The notes under the pieces were generated by a model, which did not search any database, was not told the DNA's origin, and saw only the letters and a program-made list of their open reading frames with translations. A stretch of 29,654 bases of DNA from a bacterium (lineage in GTDB: Bacteria; Elusimicrobiota; Elusimicrobia; Elusimicrobiales; UBA9959). Both the position numbers and the translations under genes were made by a program. Location: the NCBI GenBank assembly GCA_021845705.1, contig JAJZVJ010000001.1, forward strand, positions 1 to 29,654, written 5' to 3'. This document shows positions 25,101 to 29,654 of the stretch, in pieces; position 1 is the stretch's first letter; the number at the start of each line of letters is the position of its first letter.

Positions 25101-28100
25101 ATAAAACCCGGTGGAAGAAACCCAGGAACTGCCCTGGACCGAAAACACCGTGGCGGGGGCGGTCCGGTCTTTAACCACTCCGAAGATACCGAACAGCGAC
25201 GCTATGCGCGTTACCGGCACGGTAATCTTATGGTTCAGCGTGTCCCGTACCTGGCCGGGCAGTTCTACCCAGCCGGTGCCGGTAAAATATTCATAAACCA
25301 CCGCGTCCGCCTCGGTAAGCCCGGCGGCCGCCAGCGCGGCGGTGGAGTAATAGAACATAAGCGCCGCCGGCGGATCATAAACGCCGTCGGGCTTTATTTC
25401 ATACATATTGCTCGCCAAAGTAAGGCCCTGTACTGCGGCGGAGCCGATGGCCACCGCCCCGGCGCCCGCAACCGTGCTTATCTGCGTAATATACGGCTGC
25501 ACCGGAGAAACCATGCCTATTTCAGGGTTTCCGTCTACTGTGCTGGTCGTCTTCACTACATATTTCGTGAATACGAAAGGACTATTGGATAGCGCGGAGA
25601 CGTTCCCGGCGGCATCATACGTTTTGAGCGCAAAGTAATATGACGTGCCTCCGGCCAATCCGGCAAGCGTAAACCGTTCCTGGGAGCCGGCGGGCCTTGG
25701 CAACGACCCGATATTTGCCGGCTGAGCGGCATTAAAAGCCGTATCGCTTAAAATTTCCGAGCCCCCATATCTAAGGTCATACCTGGAGGCAGTCCCGGAG
25801 CCGCCGTCGTTACCGGGGGCGGTCCAGAACACAGACACACCACCCTCATCCGTGTTTCCTGCGGACAAAACAACGGCGGAAGGCGGAGTAAGATCGGGCG
25901 CGTTTGCCGCATTAAGGAACGAGAAGAATGTTTCAATATTCCGTCCGCCGGCCAGTCCCAAATCGGAAGATGCCTGCAGTATATCTATCTTCCCATCAGC
26001 GTTTATATCCTCGGCGGAAATGGTCCCGCAAAGATGTCCGTACTGGACGTAGCCGCCGGTGGGAAGCGGAACAGGGGCGTCAAAAGTTCCGTCACCGCGG
26101 CCCGCCAGAACATAAATATTCTGTAGCCTGTAAGGGGAAAGGGCTATGTCGTGTATCCCATCCCGGTTAAAATCCGCCGCGACCCCTGTGTAATAGTATG
26201 CCCCCGTTATAGTCTGGGTCTTCTGGAACGACCTGGCGCCGGTCGCCATAAATACGTTAAACTCTTCTGCGCTCACTAACCCCGCATCCTTGTGTCCATC
26301 CTGGTTGAAGTCGGCAATAAGAAATTTCTTCACATCAGCGGTATACTGGTAGGAATAGGGCAAAATAATCTTCTGCCCGAAGCCGCCGGCGCCGTCGCCA
26401 TACAATATGGCGTTCCGGAACAAAATATCGCTTTTTCCGTCATTATCCATATCCGCCACCACTACGCCTCCGCCGCTGCTGGGCGGCAGTTCCGTTGGAA
26501 TAGGCGTGGAAACAGAAACGAGGAAGCCGCCCGGACCACCGAAATATATTTTAATATCGCTTCCGGCCGCCCCCACGATATCCGGATAACCGTCGTTATT
26601 AATGTCTCCCGCTCCTATCCAGGCGTGAGTTATTAGGTGGCCCAGCGTTACCGGGTCCTTAAAGGTTCCGTCGCCGTTACCGGCCAGAAAGACAAGGTCA
26701 TCGGCCGAATACGGGTAAAGCGGGTTAAAAACGGATACCATGATATCCAGCCGCCCATCACCGTTAAAATCAGCCGCCACCGCATCGTCTCCGCCGGAAT
26801 ACTGCGTATTCATACCCGGTAACCGGACGGTATATACGTATTGGAATGTTCCGTCGTTATTGCCTTTGTAGAATGTATAGTTCCCGCCCTCACTGAAACC
26901 AACCACATCCTTCTTTCCATCCCCGTCGAAATCCGCCACAACGGTAGCGCTGGTATCAAAAACTCCGGTGGCAGGGCCCGCGATCATTGAACCGAACAGG
27001 AGTGGGGCCATTGGCTTAACTGTAATACCAAGATAAGCGGCCGGCGGGGACATATTGCCCGCCAAGTCTGAATTCTCCACGCGCAGCAGGTGCGGACCGG
27101 CGGTTAAGCCGGACAGGTTCAGGGAAAAACCGCCGGTCCGGTCAGCCCAGACCCGCCCGACAAGCGTGCTTCCATCATAGACATCCGTCCGCGACGCGGC
27201 TTCCGCCAGCCCAAGCACCAGAGGCGCGCTGGAATAAACCACCGCCCCGGTCACCGGAGAGATTATCTGCGGCGCGCTCTGCGGCGGAGTATGGTCCGCA
27301 CCGTATATTTTCATGTCGTTCTTCGTACCGGCATACACCCGGCCGGAATAAGGATGAACTGCGGCAAATACGGGGTTCCCCATTACGACCATCTGCCGGC
27401 CGGCAGGAAGATCACCGAATGTTCCCAGAATTCCGCCGGTACTTGTATAAATATCCACTGAAGCACTCGCGGAATTAGAAAGATAAATATTCCCGAAAGT
27501 ATCCAGAAAAATAGAATTCGGCGCACTGGAAATGACGGGGATATCTGCCAGCAGGTTGCCTGCCGGGTCAAACTTTTTCACCTTTACGTCAGGGCTGGCT
27601 GAATAATCAACAGTGAACAGATTCCCCCCGCTGTCAGAAGCAAGCCCGGAATAGGCATACAAAACATTGATCGGAAACTTCCCTGTATAATTCCCGGCGC
27701 TGTCGAAACCCATTATTTGAGCGCTGGGCATTGTATTAGCGGCTACAAAAGGCTTATTTTCTCTATCGCACGTCACAAACCTTGGGAAAGCATAGGAAAA
27801 CTGCGGATTCCCCGAGATATCCATCTCCTTAAGAAGCTCACCGGAAGCGGAAAATTTCTTTAAGGCAAAAGAATACCCGCCGGTTACTTGTGCCAACGCC
27901 CAGAATGTGCCGTCAGGGCAGACAGAAAAGTCCTCAAGAGCCGTAAGATCGGAGGAAAAGCTTTTAAGATAGTTCCCCCCCTGATCAAAAATCTGTATCC
28001 TGCCCAGTTGTCCACCGTCCCCGGCCCAGACATTGCCTGCGGCGTCAAAATCTATCTTCCCCAGGCTGCTGAATTGCCCTACGCCGGAACCGGAAGCGCC

Positions 28101-29654
28101 GAAACCGCCCTGATATTCAAAATACGGCCAGGCGGCGGCGTCTCCATACCAGGAGGAGACGACATTCACGCTATAGCGCCTGAAGCCGCTCCCGTTACCG
28201 ACGTTATCCGTGGCTGAGACATATATAAGATGCCGGCCTTTGGCAAGCTGGAAAGGCGCGGCATACACGGGATTAAGACATGTTCCGGGCGGCGCTGTAG
28301 AAACAGACGGCACGTTCATATTACAGCTTAAGGGGTCAACATCCACCAGATATCTGGCGGACGCAACACCCGAAGCGGAATCCGTGGAGAGTATGGAAAT
28401 ATAAAATCCAGTAAGCGAACCAACTGTGTCCGTGTCCTGCCACACAACGTGGCCCTCCGGGGAAAGTTCGGCGGATGGGGCATTATTATCAAGAGTTACC
28501 GTCATAGTGCTGACAACACCTGCCTTGCCGCCTGTATCGGTGGAATAGTATTCAATGCTATAAGTCCCGGAGTTATTACCGGCAAGGCTGAAAGTTGAAA
28601 CAAAAATCTGCCCCGGCGCGGGCGCCGTATCATTGAAAACGAGTTGCCTGACAAGTTCCCCGCTGTTCCTTATATTAACAACAACGCTTGCCACCCCGAA
28701 CCCTTTATTATCACCGGCTTTAACAAGGTCATCAGCCGAGGTAATAGTAAAAGCTGTAGCCGACGACACAAAAACCGGGGAGGAACCGAAAGCCGGCGTC
28801 CCCACGGCCAACCCGCTGTGCGGAGGAAGATAATCCACCACCTGCATAAAAAGACCGGCCAGGTACGGTATCCGCTGCACCTCCGCAGCTATAAATGTTC
28901 CCGCCGGCTGAATACGCTGCCCTATGAGGCCGGAAACCTCCGGAGAGCTACTCAAAGTAACCCCGTCAAAAGAATAGACCGACAAAGTGCCGGTATCGGT
29001 AACCACCTTGGGGTCATACTTGAAGATTATGGAACCATAAGGGGAAAGGCTTCCACCTGATGTTCCAAAGGAATATACCGCCCCCGCGGGGAGCAACCCT
29101 TTGCTGCCGGCGGCGGAAACGAAAGCCACGGCCGCCGGGGAACCGGCAGGCATACTGGAAACTACCACGCTGGGATCAGCGGAATATAATTTTACCGAGC
29201 CGTCGTACGATACCGCGACTCCCGGAAAAGCCATTTTATTTACCACCGAGCTGCCCGTGAAAACCAGATTCCCCGCTTTATCCGGACAGATAGCCTGGGC
29301 ATAGAAAATATTCGCGAAGGCTGCCGGCATAGGCGACCCGGAGGGTATACCGGTGCCGGACCAGACCAACGCGCTGACCAGGCCCGTTTTACCAGCAAGC
29401 AGGTAAAGGCTGTAACCGTCGGTAATGAACAGGCTGCCGTCTTTGCCGGCTGCCACGCCGTCCACATACCCTATATCCCGCTGTAATGCCGGGGCGGTAT
29501 CCAAAAGGAGCGTACCCCCTCCGGCAACGGTGGTGACCGTCCCGCCGAGGACCTTGCGCACCCTTTTATTGTACACATCCGCTATATAGAGCTCGTTCAG
29601 GGAGTCGAAAGCAATACCGCCGACCACCGCGAATTTGGCGGACAGGGCAGGCCC
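18831..29654 (-). CDS. giant (>3607 aa, 5'-truncated) modular secreted surface protein or adhesin with a T9SS type-A-like C-terminal domain
   Basis: The frame is open to the window edge (GPALSAKFAVVGGIAFD..LYIAD, an NHL repeat). It contains NHL, FG-GAP, FN3, Ig-like and beta-solenoid modules and ends VYVFPNP...IKIYTISGRL...W...SGVYLY.I....KKTGKFAVVR. Confidence 0.9.
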   Translation of the reverse strand, partial: GPALSAKFAVVGGIAFDSLNELYIADVYNKRVRKVLGGTVTTVAGGGTLLLDTAPALQRDIGYVDGVAAGKDGSLFITDGYSLYLLAGKTGLVSALVWSGTGIPSGSPMPAAFANIFYAQAICPDKAGNLVFTGSSVVNKMAFPGVAVSYDGSVKLYSADPSVVVSSMPAGSPAAVAFVSAAGSKGLLPAGAVYSFGTSGGSLSPYGSIIFKYDPKVVTDTGTLSVYSFDGVTLSSSPEVSGLIGQRIQPAGTFIAAEVQRIPYLAGLFMQVVDYLPPHSGLAVGTPAFGSSPVFVSSATAFTITSADDLVKAGDNKGFGVASVVVNIRNSGELVRQLVFNDTAPAPGQIFVSTFSLAGNNSGTYSIEYYSTDTGGKAGVVSTMTVTLDNNAPSAELSPEGHVVWQDTDTVGSLTGFYISILSTDSASGVASARYLVDVDPLSCNMNVPSVSTAPPGTCLNPVYAAPFQLAKGRHLIYVSATDNVGNGSGFRRYSVNVVSSWYGDAAAWPYFEYQGGFGASGSGVGQFSSLGKIDFDAAGNVWAGDGGQLGRIQIFDQGGNYLKSFSSDLTALEDFSVCPDGTFWALAQVTGGYSFALKKFSASGELLKEMDISGNPQFSYAFPRFVTCDRENKPFVAANTMPSAQIMGFDSAGNYTGKFPINVLYAYSGLASDSGGNLFTVDYSASPDVKVKKFDPAGNLLADIPVISSAPNSIFLDTFGNIYLSNSASASVDIYTSTGGILGTFGDLPAGRQMVVMGNPVFAAVHPYSGRVYAGTKNDMKIYGADHTPPQSAPQIISPVTGAVVYSSAPLVLGLAEAASRTDVYDGSTLVGRVWADRTGGFSLNLSGLTAGPHLLRVENSDLAGNMSPPAAYLGITVKPMAPLLFGSMIAGPATGVFDTSATVVADFDGDGKKDVVGFSEGGNYTFYKGNNDGTFQYVYTVRLPGMNTQYSGGDDAVAADFNGDGRLDIMVSVFNPLYPYSADDLVFLAGNGDGTFKDPVTLGHLITHAWIGAGDINNDGYPDIVGAAGSDIKIYFGGPGGFLVSVSTPIPTELPPSSGGGVVVADMDNDGKSDILFRNAILYGDGAGGFGQKIILPYSYQYTADVKKFLIADFNQDGHKDAGLVSAEEFNVFMATGARSFQKTQTITGAYYYTGVAADFNRDGIHDIALSPYRLQNIYVLAGRGDGTFDAPVPLPTGGYVQYGHLCGTISAEDINADGKIDILQASSDLGLAGGRNIETFFSFLNAANAPDLTPPSAVVLSAGNTDEGGVSVFWTAPGNDGGSGTASRYDLRYGGSEILSDTAFNAAQPANIGSLPRPAGSQERFTLAGLAGGTSYYFALKTYDAAGNVSALSNSPFVFTKYVVKTTSTVDGNPEIGMVSPVQPYITQISTVAGAGAVAIGSAAVQGLTLASNMYEIKPDGVYDPPAALMFYYSTAALAAAGLTEADAVVYEYFTGTGWVELPGQVRDTLNHKITVPVTRIASLFGIFGVVKDRTAPATVFSVQGSSWVSSTGFYLNAGSSVALSASDPVVYGTSSGVAFTGFRVDASSTAPLAAYAGPFTLSTGTHRLEFRSGDKAGNIEEPKAVEVSVDGYAPTVLYDVAGASFAAGGIVYASAGSTVTLVSSDTGSGVKELFYTVDGSTHAALSGAAEIFLSSGGAHSLGYSAGDNVGNTGVPGAVSVYVDTAAPVSALLLNGTPAGTGWYTSVTGVIIISSDAGSGVRKTLYSLDGSSFAVYNSSFPVLAEGRHTIGHYSVDNVSNAEKISTAAFGIDISTPVAGYSYNPASNSEGWNNAPVNVVFAGTDAVSGVAYCSSSFTVSGEGPGIPVSGYCADYAGWTSTVSFRLNIDTTPPVSGAGVAAVPGQNGWFLSPAAVALASTDTLSGVGGLYYSIDGSSFTLYTSSFAVPGAGAHPLKYYAVDKAGNREAEKELAFKLDLNAPLAAAVSTPAANSYGWNNSAVSAVFSGTDAVSGLAYCTPVKVVGTEGSSQTISGYCADYAGWSSTAALVVNIDTTAPKAGYTALPAANGAGWNNSDVTLKFTCADDLSGVRNCPVDIVLSGEGVGISTSASVYDYADNFTEAVADGIKIDKTAPVSTAALSGVSRNGWYSSPVEVVLASTDALSGVAAVMYSLDGGTYTVYGAPLQVSTEGAHTVKYHAVDKAGNAEVERSVAFKLDSSAPAASYSLVPAPNGAGWNNTAVQVVFAGTDTLSGIEACSSATLTLEGVAQSVPGWCRDVAGNVAYATAKVNVDLTKPETSAAPEPPANGYGWNNGPVTVSFAGSDALSGLDFCEPQKTVSVQGSSIAVSGYCRDKAANSSMATVTVSIDTTAPELAYSLKPAPNAAGWNNGDVAVKFVCSDALSGIKSCPEDVILAGEGVGVSTTAAASDLAGNLAQLTARANIDRTPPRIVISSPVAGNVFVAARNKIQPFFTVSDNLDPAPAMQAFLVETEDKGSPRGSRPDRIAVTSGQSLEPLDIDDGMWQLMVNATDFALNTSSAVGGAFEVVHDVRQPASALSVAGTHYDSNGTTYLKGDSVLDLASLDDLVAAGDGIGLGVKAQNVGIVAGSSVAASARFDNPQPRQGGAFVSTFTFASAFTLPDGRYYLDYNAVDVLGNTETVRRSAIALDNTAPETSAQLAGATGDNGWYVSTVTINLSAVDELSGVSAIYYRVDGAAGDAFAQYAGAFSVPAEGQHTLWYYASDNLGNTKAPQSLAFKLDLTAPSVSDAVIPAANRYGWHNGAAAVVFTGTDTISGLAYCEPPKTIDVEGKDIAVSGYCRDYAGLSSTVTAHFSIDLTSPTVSIARVPLANTYGWNNTDVTASYTCADALSGVRLCPPEVVFSAEGYGEGAMGNAMDYADNSSSASIGGINIDKTAPDSLLSVSGDDWKNGGKEYLSLRSFIALTASDPVSSGAASGVNAIEYYMDAVPFSVYPSSFNLPEGIHNVAYRAGDKAGNIEASRSAQFYVDGSAPASELSISGDRYSGGKVYISTRSRVLITAEDPVVNQVASGVRYTKYSIDGGAYADYAAFTLPAEGKRAVSFYSADQVANTEAAKTSELWVDATPPGTDLSISGARYDADGLIYITRNSGVVLTAADPASNDTASGVLLTKYRVDGGDWQIYAGSFTITAEGRHTLEYYSLDRVNNAEQLKTAQLAVDNTPPATSITLGGPRFQAFGLPVLTPETPLTLAAGDVVSAGVASGLKQIFYQPVNVATGQSAVYSYTQPFTLPQGTWDIRYWSVDNLGNIETYKQARLAVSTLQNDALDAVAGLAMSGTADISGAVNSNSEAALSGNTRILGDVYASTITLKGKAQITGQAVNGAAQLQPEPVSLGAIQEGAGNTPPAGYLVDGKLAVSSKAVLTLSTGTYYFKGIELSGGADVKIDGKVDILVSGDINMNGGSSFNAAGAASSLNIFVKTSSTITFTGGANLVATVYAPYADMKLGGNALLGGHYFVRAAAVSGMGNIMQSGEALPAAAGRPGGGIKTRAAAMPSGGSGVLAGPDPAFRLGEVYVFPNPAKGADVPAFHIECGLAYSVDIKIYTISGRLAHEHTLMGPPLELDDGNGLSYAYEYAWRGHIPSGVYLYYIEAKKDGRKLKKTGKFAVVR
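19240..19880 (-). other. Gly/Ser/Asn-rich beta-solenoid domain
   Basis: Short repeats such as LAMSGTADISG, ALSGNTRILG, TLKGKAQITG, GTYYFKGIELSGG, INMNGGSSFN, VYAPYADMKLGGN. Confidence 0.6.
19881..25169 (-). repeat. about 20 tandem Ig-like modules (about 75-120 aa each)
   Basis: Each begins DxxxP and contains D..SG and (D/C)..(A/V)GN. I counted 20 by eye; 8 carry a Cys pair and a GW(N/H)N motif. Confidence 0.85.
25580..25895 (-). other. fibronectin type III-like module
   Basis: DLTPP...VFWTAPGNDG..GTASRYDLRY...LAGGTSYYFALKTYDAAGNVSALSN. Confidence 0.75.
25920..26990 (-). repeat. seven FG-GAP/VCBS repeats (Ca-binding beta-propeller)
   Basis: DFDGDGKKD, DFNGDGRLD, DINNDGYPD, DMDNDGKSD, DFNQDGHKD, DFNRDGIHD, DINADGKID. 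Confidence 0.88.
27300..28110 (-). repeat. NHL-repeat beta-propeller
   Basis: FGASGSGVGQFSSLGKIDFDAAGNVWAGD...RIQIFDQGGNYLKSF, GLASDSGGNLFTVD, VKKFDPAGNLL, IFLDTFGNIYLS. Confidence 0.8.

Noticed and set aside
19881-25169. CRISPR-like or mobile-element repeats
   Set aside because: The repeats are degenerate, in frame and protein-coding, with no identical repeat-spacer pattern and no cas, transposase or terminal inverted repeats.

Overview
A GC-rich bacterial chromosome segment containing about 19 protein-coding genes. I found no rRNA, tRNA, CRISPR array, integrase or transposase. The gene repertoire (PorV/PorQ-like barrel, T9SS-like C-terminal domain, WTAPGND-type FN3 module, Pro-linker secreted proteins) suggests an Elusimicrobiota-like diderm; this is inference only. 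Left part (+ strand): a 5'-truncated Zn-ribbon/TM/TPR protein, accC, rfaE2, then a serine-palmitoyltransferase-like enzyme directly followed by a bacterial ceramide-synthase-like GNAT protein, which together look like a sphingolipid synthesis pair. Next comes a c-di-GMP-type cluster (degenerate HD-GYP, stand-alone receiver, nucleotidyltransferase, PilZ), then ygbA, a secreted-protein/outer-membrane-barrel pair, uraA, an alpha/beta hydrolase and tatD. Right part (- strand): a >3600-aa modular surface protein (5'-truncated; NHL, FG-GAP, FN3, about 20 Ig-like repeats, beta-solenoid) ends in a T9SS type-A-like sorting domain and lies 10 bp upstream of a PorV-like gene. These are followed by a three-gene operon (clostripain C11 peptidase, YExxH pseudo-zincin, low-GC exported protein) with its own promoter and terminator. 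The two strongest leads are the spt-bCerS pair and the cargo/PorV/clan-CD-protease module. All family calls come from motif recognition by eye; no database search was run.
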